From the NCBI RefSeq assembly GCF_964194155.1, contig NC_135896.1, positions 96,162,001-96,226,000 of the forward strand: DNA of 64,000 nt, in the 5' to 3' direction. A model generated the notes under the pieces. That model had not been told where the DNA came from. It ran no database searches and saw only the letters and a list, made by a program, of their open reading frames with translations. Positions 47,788 through 60,045 of the stretch are shown in pieces. Each line of letters opens with the position of its first letter. Positions within the stretch are counted from its first letter, which is position 1. The position numbers and the translations under genes are program-made. This stretch comes from Cetorhinus maximus. Taxonomy: Eukaryota.

Positions 47788-48530
47788 AAATAAAAGCAAA
47801 AAACTGCGGATGCTGGAAATCCAAAACAAAAATAAAAATATCTGGAAAAACTCAGCAGGTCTGACAGCATCTGTGGAGAGGAACACAGTTAACGTTTCGA
47901 GTCTGAATGACTCTTCAACAGAACTAAGGAAAAATAGAAAAGAGGTGAAATATAAGCTGGTTTAAGGGGGGGGGGGGGGGGGGGGTGGGGGGGGGGGGGG
48001 GTGGGACAGGTAGAGCTGGATAGAGGGCCAGCGATAGGTGGAGATAGCCAAAAGATGTCATAGACAAAAGGACAAAGAGGCGTTGATATTATCTAAGGAA
48101 TGTGACATTAAGGGTAGAAAGCAGGACAAGCAAGGTACAGATAGCCCTAGTGGGGGTGGGGTGGGGGGAAGGGATCGAAATAGGCTAAAAGGTAGAGATA
48201 AAACAATGGATGGAAATACATTCAAAAATAATGGAAATAGGTGGGAAAAGAAAAACCTATATAAATTATTGGAAAAAAAGGGATCGGAAAGGGGGTGGGG
48301 ATGGAGGAGAGAGTTCATGACCTAAAATTGTTGAACTTAATATTCAGTCCGGAAGGCTGTAAAGTGCCTAGTCAGAAGATGAGGTGCTGTTCCTCCAGTT
48401 TGCGTTGAGCTTCACTGGAACAATGCAGCAGGCCAAGGATGGACATGTGGGCATGAGAGCAGGGTGGAGTGTTGAAATGGCAAGCGACAGGGAGGTCTGG
48501 GTCATGGTTGCGGACAGACCGAAGGTGTTT
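47788..48530 (-). mobile_element. Penelope-like element 3' part (GIY-YIG C-terminus, 3' UTR, hammerhead motif 47887-47925)
   Basis: KHLRSVRNHDPDLPVACHFNTPPCSHAHMSILGLLHCSSEAQRKLEEQHLIF; AGTT CTGTTGA A GAGTC ATTCA GACTC GAAACGTT AACT; long G run on + at about 47966-48001. Confidence 0.88.
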
Positions 48531-49251
48531 TGAGATGTCGTCTCTGTTGCAATGCAGGAAATGTGACAGCAAGTTTGTGCACAGCAGGATCCCCCACACA
48601 GTCTGTACTTTCATGGGGCCCTCTTTTTAAGAATGCAGCAGAATAACACTACTTTAAACTTCATCTTCATCTTAAACTATCAGGAATTAATTAACCACAT
48701 TAGAGCATGTAACTAGAAGTGAATGATAGCAGTAGAATAATGATAGCAGTTGGACAACTTCAATTTTTCACAATAGTTGAATAACTTTGTTTACCCTTTA
48801 TATCATAGAAAATAATGGTTTGTAACTTTTGTACTGATTTACAAGAAAATTACTTAATTAATTATTTTCTAGAAATTGACTCGATTAACTCTCCAGACAC
48901 TCAAGAGTTTCTGGTTTGAAAAAGATGGCCTAATAAAGAACTTTAGTGACAGGGGTGAGGCAGAATTTAGTTACTTATTATGGTAAGAAGGCACCACCCT
49001 AAGCCCTTGACATTGAATAAACTAACTAATTGTTGCAGGAATGTACTGACTTAGAAGCTGGGATATATTTGTGTGAGTGAAGCTTATTTTTACAACCTCA
49101 TGTAATCCAAGAAGCTAAGAATATAAAAAGCTAAATTTTAGACAAGGAATGCTTTGTTTTTGTCACAATTGCAAGGTAGTGCATGTGTATGAGTTTTTTT
49201 ATATAAGTATAAAATCATAAATGAATTAAAAAAATTGGTATATTGGTATAC

Positions 49252-50395
49252 TTTATGAGATGTGGGCATCGCTGGCTATGGCAGCATTTATTGCCTATCC
49301 CTAATTGCCCTTGAGAAGGTGGTGGTGAGCTGCCTTCTTGAACCGCTGCAGTCCCTGTGGTGTAGGTACACCCACAGTGCTGTTCCAGGATTTTGGCCCA
49401 GCGACAGTGAAGGAAAAGTGATATATTTCCAAGTCAGGATGGTGAGTGACTTGGAGGGGAACTTCCAGGTGGTGGTGTTCCCATGCATCTGCTGTCCTTG
49501 TCCTTCTAAATGGTAGAGGTCATGGGTTTGGAAGGTGCTGCCTAAGTAGTCTTTGTGAGTTTCTGCAGTGCACCTTGTAGATGGTACACACTGCTGCCAC
49601 TGGTTGTTGGTGGCAGAGGAAGTGAGCGTTTGTGGAAGGGGGTGCCAATCAAGCAGGCTGCTTTGTCCTGGATGGTGTTAAGCTTCTTGTTGGAGCTGCA
49701 CTCATCCAGGCAAGTGGAGAGTATTCCGTCACATTCCTGACTTGTGCCTTGTAGATGGTGGACAGGCTTTGTGGAGTCAGGAGGTGAGTTGCTCGCCACA
49801 GGATTCTGAGCCTCTGACCTGGCCTTGTAGCCACAGTATTTATATGGCTAGTCCAGTTCAGTTTCTGGTCAATGGTAACCCCCAGAATATTGATAATGGC
49901 GGATTCAGCGATGGTAATGCCATTGAAGGTCAAGGGATGATGGTGAGATGGCCATTACCTGACACTTGTGTGGCGCGAATGTTACTTGCCACTTGTCAGC
50001 CCAAGCCTGGATATTGTCCAGGTCTTGCTGCATTTGTCCATGGACTGCTTCAGTATCCGAGGAGTCGCAAATGGTGCTGAACATTGTGCAATCATCAGCA
50101 GACATCCTAACTTCTGACCTCATGATGGAAGGAAGGTCATTGGTGAAGCAGCTGAAGATGGTTGGGCCTAGGACACTACCCTGAGGAACTCCTGCAGTGG
50201 CATCGTGGAAGTGACATGACTGACCCTCCAACAACCACAACCATCTTCCTCTGTGCTAGGAATGACCCCAACCAGTGGAGTGTTTTCCCCCTGATTCCCA
50301 TTGACTCCAGTTTTCCTAGGGGCTCCTTGATGCCACACGCGGTCAAATGCTGCCAAATGATGTCAAAGGCAGTCAGTTTCGCCTCACCTGAAACA
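49252..50395 (-). mobile_element. CR1-like LINE family B RT fragment
   Basis: AAFDRVWH, AGVPQGSVLGPTIFSCF, ADDCT motifs across frameshifts. Confidence 0.9.
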
Positions 50396-52278
50396 CGTTA
50401 CTTTAAAAGTAAGCCAAACAATGTCAGTGGCTGATAGGAAATTGCAAGTTTGCTTACCCTGAATATTTCAGATCAGTCGGAGAATCTTGAACCTTGTGAA
50501 TCCGAGTGTCTATGTCTCTTAATGTAGGACATTTCTGTCCCGGCAATACTCGGCCCTGATGAGGAGGCTTTGCAGGTGCATAATGCCTTGTCATGATTCC
50601 TGAGCTTCACAAAACACTTCACATAAAATGAAGTACTTTGAAGTACTGCCACTTTTACTGTGTTGATAAATGTGGCAGCCATATTTTGCACAGTGAGATC
50701 CCACAAACAGCAAAGACATAAATGACTAGCTAGCTTGTTTTTTATTTGGTCGCGTTGATTGAGAGTCCATGATTAGGACGCACGGTTAACTTCCTACTCC
50801 TCCAGATATGCCCTGGGATCTTTAACTTGTCCTGTAGCAGGTATTTATTTATTTTCTTATTGAGGGCTGGCAGCACTCCCTTAGTACTGCAATGGATTGA
50901 TGGCTTAGCTTATGTGCACAGTTAAGAAATGGGTTCAAATCCAAAATTTCCTGATTCAGAGGCAAGCGTGCTTTGAGCTAAGTGAAGTTTATAATCTGAT
51001 AATCAGTGCAATACTGTAAAGGAAGAGTGAGAAGAGTAACTAAGCACCAGTAAATATATAGGCGTAGTTTTGGAGGTGCCACAACAGGAAGGCTTAAATT
51101 TTACTGTATTCCCAGGTCGTTGTTATCTTTTTTGAGTACAGTTTTGAAGTATGTGATTTTTATGAAGCCTGGGAGGTCTGTTATCCCTTAGAATTAATGC
51201 TATCTATAGTGGACCCAAATGTGTAGTAGCTCTTTGCTCTTGGATGGAGTTTCTTTTGCCATTTAATCTTTTGATGTAATTGGCTAATTTTCACTAATTT
51301 CATAAACCAATTTAAAAAATGCAAGTGGAGTTATTTTGAAAATCAAGATATGTTATAAACCGACTTGATAGTTCTCAAGCACCTTAATTATCTCCTGGAG
51401 CAATTTTGGTGTGTTTCAGTTGAATGTAAAATTATGATGATTACAATTTAATTCCATTGTTACAATTTTGGCTTCTTAGTACTCTTTCCATTGACATGCC
51501 AGTGATTCCTGAAACTGAACTTTATTTGTTAAATTGCTGGCCAAAGGGTGAACAGTGAACCCTTTTACCATTGAGTGAGCTCTGTAAATATTATAGGATG
51601 GCATCATTCATTCCTGATCTCTTCAAACTGGCACAATACTATACTGGAGACTGTTTAGCTCAGGAAAAATTAAGCTGAATTTTCTAAAAAAAAGTTGTAG
51701 AAGCACAGGTTAGATCAAAATTCATTACTTAGATTTCACTGTTCTCCATATGCAGCAGAACAGCTTGCTTTGAAATATTACCTAACTACCTAACCAACCA
51801 AAGCCATAATATATACCTGTGGAGATTTCTGAGCTATACAGACACCAGTCGAGTTCGATTGTGAAGCTCAAAGTGAACCTCATGAAATTCAATGAATCAA
51901 AGCTTCATCTCCAACCCCTTCAATCGTCAAGGGTTGGTTGGTGGATGGTTATATTTTGGGTACGCTGTTATGTTAGTGTCATATTCAGTGTCTGCAAACC
52001 AATTCTGCCTCAATTATTCACAGTGGTAATGATAACAATGGTTTCACTTTGCCTGTAAGGAATTGAGGTAGCCTGCGCAGGTTTCATTGCAGTATGAAGT
52101 TGAGTGAGATTATGTTCTTTTTACATGTATGTTTTTGCACAGTCAAAGAAATAATCACAAGTCCTTGCTGGAACACCTAAAGTATGTTACATGTTGGATG
52201 TTGAGTCTGTTAACACTATAAGGATTATGTATCCCAAGCATGTTTTGTTACACTATTTATGTCTTTTTAATTTGGAAG

Positions 52279-52444
52279 GATGAAGATGATGTGGACATTA
52301 AGGAAGATTATGATCAACCAAATGAATTTTCTAGAAGACAGATAGTTTCAAACTGGGATAGATACAAAACTGAAGAAAAGGAACTTGAAGATAGTGATGA
52401 ACCTTCGCGAGGTACAGATTTCAATGTGCTGCTGAGTTCTGCAG
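52279..52444 (+). CDS. AVEN: Cell death regulator Aven, exon 2
   Basis: DEDDVDIKEDYDQPNEFSRRQIVSNWDRYKTEEKELEDSDEPSRGTDFNVLLSSAG contains the Aven motifs IVSNWDRY and RGTDFxVLLSSAG; acceptor AAG| at 52278, donor G|GTAGG at 52445. Confidence 0.93.
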
Positions 52445-54719
52445 GTAGGACACCTCTGTTCTTCAAATGTATATAAAATAGGTTAAGCTGCTTAACAAAT
52501 TTCAGACTTTAAATAGAAATTCTTTTTGAGTTGCATTTGAAATGCAATCTTCAATATTGTTTTTTATTATAGAAAATTGAAAGTGAAAGATGCATTAGTT
52601 GAGGCCTCTTTGCTTCCTCAAGTCTAAGGAACTTCAGCATATCTGGATACAACTGGTTTAATCATCCATTGCCCTATCTGACTGGACCACAACAAGCAGA
52701 CCTCACTGCCCTCTGCAAAATTGCTCATTACTCCAGATTAATCGTGCAAAGAATCCTTGGCTTCTTTATTGCATTACCAATTATCCCTTTTAAAGACTTC
52801 TCTGTTGCTCTCGCCACCCTCACCTACATGAGGGACGAGCTCATGGATTCTTTGTTACTAAGATTGAGACCATGTTTTCAGTTGCCTCTGCTGTAGTCTC
52901 TCACTTCCCCTTGCCCCAGCTTCAGGTTATTGTAAAAGATCTGACTACAATATTCGAAGAAGAGATGAGAGTTCGACCAGTACCTTGGCTTAACATTCTG
53001 TCTGCAACTAAGGTCGCCCAAAAAATAGATTACTCTGTTTGATTGCTTCATTTTCCTTAGGTATTTGTGACTTTTTGTCCTTTTATATCTCTTCATTAAT
53101 TCACAGTTTATTTAACAGTTTACTGGTCATTGAAACCGGGAGGTTTCCCTCTGTTATAGGCATTTTTATTGATCTATTTCCACTCTATCTCCCGTCCCTT
53201 TTTTCAACCTTCATAAAATGCTTGTTGATCTTTTAGCTTCCAGTTCTAATGAAAGGTACTGACCCAAACTATCAGAGTATGTTTTTTCCCTTTTCAGATG
53301 TTGATAGACGTGATGCATAGTTGCAGCATTTCCTATTTTCATTTCAGCTTTCCACCATTTGGAATTTTTTTTTTGCAATTAATCTAATTAAGTCTTCAGC
53401 TGTAGATGCAAAAGTATTTGCATAGATTGGCAATAAGGAGGAGACTATTAGATTGTCAGCTGATTTAATTAAGTTAAAGTGAATGATACATTTTTTTCCT
53501 TATGAAATGACATTTGCCGTGTACGTTGGGCTAGGCAACTTCAGGCACGATAACTCAATGCATGGGTGCCCTCTAAATTAAGTGCAGGGAAAGTCTTGGG
53601 TAGTTGTTAAAGGTTCACGGACAATGCGAGATAGTCATAGGATAAACAAACAGGATTTTTGGAAATCTTGCTAAATGTGTGAAGTTCAACACCAAAAGCC
53701 AAATACTTAAGTAATATAAAAATTTGATACTTTGGCATTTGGTGTATTGCATTTAGGTTTGGTCCATAGTGTTGCTTCATGGATAACCATGACATTCTCT
53801 GTCATACCTTACATGGAGTTGGGGAACAATTTTCTGAAATTGACTGTAGCTTTGCTTGTCTGTGTCAACGGTTAGGATTACCAGCTCTTAGGAAGGAAGA
53901 TGCATGAAATTGCACTGCCTGCTGAGCAGGTTGAAACTGATGAGCTTGTTGCTTTTAATGCTTCTTTTTGTAAGTTCCTATTTGCCTTTGGAATGCATTA
54001 TAGCCAAGCTGAAACATGTCCTCATGTCATCTCTTTTAGTGCACACTTAGCAGCAGCAATCAGGAGTTGCAACTCTATCTGAGTTCCTCCCAATCCCCAG
54101 TGTCAGCCTAGGGGCGCTGAGTCCAGTTGTAGTGCTCCTGTTGCTGCCCACTGACCAGCCATCTCAGTGAAGCAGAGATTGCAAACATCTAAGTGTGATA
54201 AAATGTCCATTCAACCTCATATTAATTGCAAACTTCTTTTATAGAAGAAAAGTCTTATCAGCGCTCTCCATTATTATGGTCCAACTCGGACAACAATTTC
54301 TGGCATTCGCACATGTGTAAACATGGAAACCTGGAAGTTGCTGTCTAATTTGCCCATCTCCTCACAAGCTGCATTGCATCATCTCATCTGATAGACTTGA
54401 CATTGGAATTCCGTAAGGGTACGAATTTGTGGTACTTACCCATGATTTACCCTATACCAGAAAAAGTTAGGGCTGGTCTGTTCAAGTGTAAGTGAATTTT
54501 TAAGTGGGTAATAATTCTTGATTACTGCCAGACAACCTCTCTGGCACTGAAAGTTAACTATTGCAAGTGTAGAGTCTCAATCCTTTGCATTGTAATATTG
54601 TTTTTTTAAAAAAAATTGAAGTGAAACTTTAAAAAAACTTTCTATGTCTTAATCCCATCTTTCTTTCCTGCCCTTTATTTCACTTCATGTACATGATTTG
54701 GCATTGAGTTAACTTTTTA

Positions 54720-54965
54720 AAATTTGTTCATGGGATGTGGGCGTCACTGTCAAGGCCAGCATTTGCTGCCCATCACTAACTGCCCTTGAGAAGGTTGTCA
54801 TGAGCCACCTTCGTGAACCGCTGTAAGACTTGTGGTTTAGGTACACCCACAATGCAGTTTGGCAAGGAGTTCAAAGATTTTGACACAGTAAAAGTGCAGG
54901 AGTGGTAATATATCTCTAGATCAGGATATGTGACATGGCGGGGAACTTCAGGTGACGGTGTTCCC
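54720..54965 (-). mobile_element. CR1-like family B 3' end
   Basis: Reverse complement of the 59790-60020 3' region. Confidence 0.75.
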
Positions 54966-55066
54966 AACGTATATAAGTATTTAAAATGACACATCCTGGT
55001 TTACACTCAGCCTGCTTGGATAAGGATTCTTCAATCTGATGGGTTGAAGAGACATGTTTTTGCTTG

Positions 55067-55168
55067 AAACAAAAGCAGAAAATGTTGGAAAAACTCAGCA
55101 GGTCTGACAGCATCTGTGGAGAGAGAAACAGAGTTGACGTTTCAAGTCCGTATGACTCTTCTTCAAAG
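55067..55168 (-). mobile_element. Short Penelope-derived element with hammerhead motif (core TTGAAGA, GUC site)
   Basis: 14 bp TSD CATGTTTTTGCTTG at 55053-55066 and 55169-55182. Confidence 0.85.
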
Positions 55169-56263
55169 CATGTTTTTGCTTGCCTTGTTCACACAAGCCA
55201 CAGATCCCCTGTAGAGGATGCTGTGCTGTATTGGACTCCTAATGACCATAACTTGCCATTTAAACCATATTAAATGTCCATGGGGAAGCTGTGATTGTAA
55301 TAATCGGCAAGCGCTGCTTGCCCTCTGCTGACCACAAAATCTGGCTTAGCAGCTTTCTGAAAGATTTCGTTGATGCCCCTAATAGGTTCCTCGCTTACAT
55401 CAGGTTTTCTTTTTTCAAAAGTTGTTCATTGACAATTTTGAAGAGGGAAAGTTTCAGAAATACTGTGAGATAAGGAAGGAATACTAGAGCTAGCAGCTTT
55501 CAATTGCAATTGCACATTCTGGTTACTTAAAAAAAAAAGTGTATCTTGCCACGTGCCCTAGTATTAATCTGTACATCTTCATAGCTGTCTCACCAGTTTT
55601 ATGCTGTCTCCAGATCCTTTAGCCTGGGCTGATTTGATCTGATTGTTTAGGAGCTTAACACTAGCTATATTGCTACCAAAAAGAGAGAATAAGATAATAT
55701 GATTGGAAAGTTGAAAAGATGATAAAATAATGATATGAAAATAATAATATGAGCTGTAAAGGAAGCACCAGAATAAAAAAGGCCAGCTTGTGCAGTACAT
55801 TGCTGCACTGCACTATCAAATGGTAGCACATGAATCCAAATGGTGCCCTCTGCAGGTAATTTGTCAGCTCACTCCAAGATTAAGAGCAATTCAAAGTGTG
55901 AATGAAACTGCACTGCTTTTAATCACAGCCAACCGTCTTGTTCAATCAGAATCACATCAGCAGGTACCTCAAACATATTGTTCGTTAACTGATTTGGTGG
56001 TCTGGAAAATAACTTGTGAGATCAAACAAAAAGAGGAAAGAAAAGCAAGAGAGAAGAATCAAGTGGAATTTAACAGTGGGGTAAAGATATGAGAGAATGA
56101 AGATTGAAATAGGTTACTTGCAAGAACTAAACTATTACAAGAGAATAAAAATAGAGCATATGAATTTCCGTGATTTTCATGCGATGTTGGAGTTTAAGTG
56201 GAATAAAAGCATAACTATGGCAAACACGCTTAAGTGATTGCTGAGAAAAACTGCATTTAGTTA

Positions 56264-56708
56264 TAAAAACAGAAAATGCTGGAAAAACTCAGCAGGTTTG
56301 TCAGCATCTGTGGAGCGAGAAACAGAGTTAACATTTTGAGCCCAATATGAAAAGTTCACCCAGAGTGCACCTAGGGAGAGAATCATAATAAAAAAGGAAA
56401 ATGCTGGAAAAACTCAGCAGGTCTGTCAGCATCTGTGGAAAGATGTTTCAAGTCTGTATGACGCTTCTTCAGAGCATTAACCCTGTTTCTCTCTCCACAG
56501 ATGCTGCCAGACCTGCTGAGTTTTCCCAGCATTTTTTGTTTTCATTTCAGATTTCCTGCATGCGCAGTATTTTGCTTTCATCCTCGGCAGAGAGTCATAT
56601 TGGACTTGAAGGATTAACTCTGTTTCTCTCTCCACAGATGTTGCCAGACCTGCTGAGTTTTTCCAGCACTTTGTTTTTATTTCAGATCTCCAGCATAGTT
56701 TGTGTTTA
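56264..56708. mobile_element. Cluster of four short Penelope-derived units (two per orientation)
   Basis: gctggaaaaactcagcagg... near 56278 and 56403; reverse complements near 56500 and 56640. Confidence 0.8.
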
Positions 56709-56789
56709 GTTATCTGCATACACCTCTCTTGTATTTGATAAACTTGACAATTTTTTTGGGCTGGCAGTGCTATAAGGTTGAATTAATGC

Positions 56790-57285
56790 ATTCATGCAGT
56801 GTGGGCGTTGCTTACAAGGCCAGTATTTATTGCCCATCCCTAACTGGATAAACTTTTACCACAAGGACTGTAATGGATCAAGTAGGCAGCTCATTACCAC
56901 CTTCTCGAGCGCAGAGTGCTCCCAGGGAAAGAGTTCCAGGATTTTGACTCAGTGACAATGAAGGAACGCCATACAGTTCCAATGTTAGGATAATGGGTGA
57001 CTTGGAAGGGAACTTTAAGGTAATGGTGTTCCCATATACTTGTCCTAGGTTGAAGAAGTTGCAGGCTTGGAAGGTGCTGTCAAAGGAGGCTTGACAAGTC
57101 ATTGCAGTGCATCATGTATTTGGTGCACAGTGCTGCCATTGGTGGAGGGAGTGAACGGTTTTAAGATGATCGATGGGGTATCAATCAATGGGCTACTTTG
57201 ACCTGGATAGTTTTGAGCTTCTTGAAAGTTGCTGGAGCTTCACTCTTCTAGGCCATTGGAGAATGTCCTATCACAACCCTGATTT
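56790..57285 (-). mobile_element. Degenerate CR1-like family B fragment
   Basis: Similar to the reverse complement of 59540-60015. Confidence 0.65.
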
Positions 57286-57296
57286 GCAATTTATGG

Positions 57297-57392
57297 TTAC
57301 CAGAGGTGTTGGTGGCTGACAATGGCTGGCAGTTTACATCGGAAGGGTTCGAAATATTTCTGAGTAAGAATAGAGTCAAACACGCTCTGGTA
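57297..57392 (+). mobile_element. Gypsy/Ty3 LTR-retrotransposon integrase core fragment
   Basis: Manual translation LPEVLVADNGWQFTSEGFEIFLSKNRVKHALV fits the rve motif GLPxxxVSDNGPQFTSxxFxxFxxxNGIxH. Confidence 0.75.
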
Positions 57393-57744
57393 CACGCTAT
57401 AAAATCATGAGGGGTCAGGGCAGAGTAGATAGGGAGAAACTGTTACTACTCGTGAAAGGATTGAGAATGAGAGGGCACTCATATATGTACTGGTTATAAT
57501 CACAGTTTGTGATTTTTTTTTCAGTGAGGGTGTAGTACAATGTTAAGAGCTGATCATATTGTGATACTGTCCTCTCTGTTGGGAGCGGTGAATGAAGTGC
57601 ATGACACAACATGGCCGATTAAGTAGCATTTCTGTGTGAAATATTTCCAGTCCAAAACACCAAAATTCCTTCAATGAAATACTACTAATATTAAAGTCAG
57701 TCACTGTCCATAAGAATAAGTATAGATTATGATATAGATGCGGT

Positions 57745-60045
57745 GGGGAAACCAACGAGGGGGAAAAACATACTTGATCTCATCCTCACCAACCTGCCTA
57801 CTAAAGATGCATCTGTCCATGACAGTATCAGTAGGAGTGAACACCGCACAGTCATTGTGGAGACAAAGTCCCATCTTCACTACCACTGTGCTAAATGGGA
57901 TAGATTTCGAACAGATCTAGCAACTCAAGACTGGGCATCCATGAGGTGCTGTGGGCCATCAGCAGCAGCAGAATTGTACTCAACCACAATCTGTAACCTC
58001 GTGGCTCGGCATATCCCTCACTCTACCATTACTACTAAGCCAGGGGATCAACCTTGGTTCGATGAAGCGTGCAGGAGGGCATGCCAGGAGTAGCAGCTAG
58101 CATACCTAAAAATGAGGTGAAGCTATAACACAGGAGTACTTGCACACCAAACAGCTAAAGCAGCAAGTGATAGAGCTAAGCGATTCCACAACCAACGGAT
58201 AAGATCTATGCTCTACAGCCCTGCCACATTCAATCATGAATGGTGGTGGACGATTACACAACTCACTGGAGGAGGAGGGTCTGCAAATGTCCCCATATTC
58301 AATGATGGGGGAGCCCAGCACAGTGCAGAAGATAAGGCTGAAGAATTTGCAACAATCTTCAGCCAGCAGTGCTGAGTGGATGATCCATCTCGGCCTCCTC
58401 TGGAGGTCCTCAGCATCACAGATGCCAGTCTTCAGCCAATTTGATTCACCCTACATGATATCAAGAAATGGTTGAAGGCACTGGATACTGCAAAGGCTAT
58501 GGGCTCTGACAATATTCTGGCAATAGTACCGAAGACTTGCGCTGCAGTACTTGCCATGCCCCCCAGCCAAGCTACTCCAGTACAGATACAACATTGGCAT
58601 CTACCTGACAGTGTGGAAATTTGCCCAGGTGTGTCCCGTACACAAAAAGCAGGAAAGATCCAACCTGGCCAATTACTGCTCCATCAGCCTACTCGCAATC
58701 ATCAGTAAAGTGATGGAAGAGGTCATCAACAGTTCTATCAAATGGCACTCATTTAGCAATAACCTGTTCACTGACGCTCAGTTTCGGTTCCACCAGGGCT
58801 GCTCAGTTCCTGACCTCATTACAGCCTTGGTTCAAACATGGACAAAGAGCTGAATTCCACAGGTAAGGTGAGAGTGACTGCCCGTGGCATCAAAGAAGCA
58901 TTTGACTGAGTGTGGCATTAAGGAGCCCTAGCAAACTGGGGTCAATGGGAATCAGGGGAAAAACTCTCCGCCTGTTGAAGTCATACTTAGCAAAAGGAAG
59001 ATGGTTGTGGTTGTTGGAGGTCAATCATCTCAGTTCCAGGACATCACTGCAGGAGTTCCTTAGGATAGTGTCCTCGGCCCAACCATCTTCAGCTGCTTCA
59101 TCAATGACCTTCCTTCCATCATAAGGTCAGAAATGGGGATGTTCGCTGATGATTGCACAATGCTCAGTACCATTCACGACTCCTCAGATACTGAAGCAGT
59201 CCATGGACAAATGCAGCAAGACCTGGACAATATCCAGGCTTGGGCTGTCAAGTGGCAAGTATCATTCGTGGCACACAAGTGCCAGACAATGACCATCTCC
59301 AAGAAGAGAGAATCTAACCATCGCCCCATGACATTCAATGGCATTACCATCGCTGAATCTCCCACCATCACCATCCTGGGGGGGGTTACCATTGACCAGA
59401 AACTGAACTGGACTAACCATATAAATACTGTGGCTACAGGAGCAGGTCAGAGGCTAGGAATCCTGTGGCATGTAACTAACCTCCTGACTCCCCAAAGCCT
59501 GTTCACCATCTACAAGGCACAAGTCAGGAGTGTGATGGGGTACTGTCCACTTGCCTGGATGAGTGCAGCTGCAACAACACTCAAGAAGCTTGACACCATC
59601 CAGGACAAAGCAGCCCACTTGATAGGCATCCCTTCCACAAACATTCACTCGCTCCACCACCGACGCACATTGGCAGCAGTGTGTACCATCTACAAGATGC
59701 ACTGCAGAAACTCACCAAGGCTCCTTTGACAGCACCTTCCGAACCCATGATGGCTACCATCTTGAAGGACAAGGGCAGCAGACAGATGGGAACACCACCA
59801 CCTGAAAGTTCCCCTCCAAGTCACTCACTATCCTGACTTGGAAATATATTACCATTCCTTCACTGTCGCTGGGTCAAAATCCTGGAACTCCCTCCCTAGC
59901 AGCACTGTGGGTGTACCTACACCACATGGACTGCAGCGGTTCAAGAAGGCAGTTCACCACCACCTTCTCAAGGGCAATTAGGATGGGCAATAAATGCTGG
60001 CCTGGCCAGCAATGCTTACATCGATGAATGAATAAATGAATAAAA
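57745..60045 (+). mobile_element. CR1-like LINE family B, 5'-truncated (endonuclease end, RT, 3' UTR)
   Basis: PTRGKNILDLILTN...SEHRTV (APE end), NYCSISLL, MFADDCT; multiple frameshifts; tail (GAAT/AAAT)n. Confidence 0.93.
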
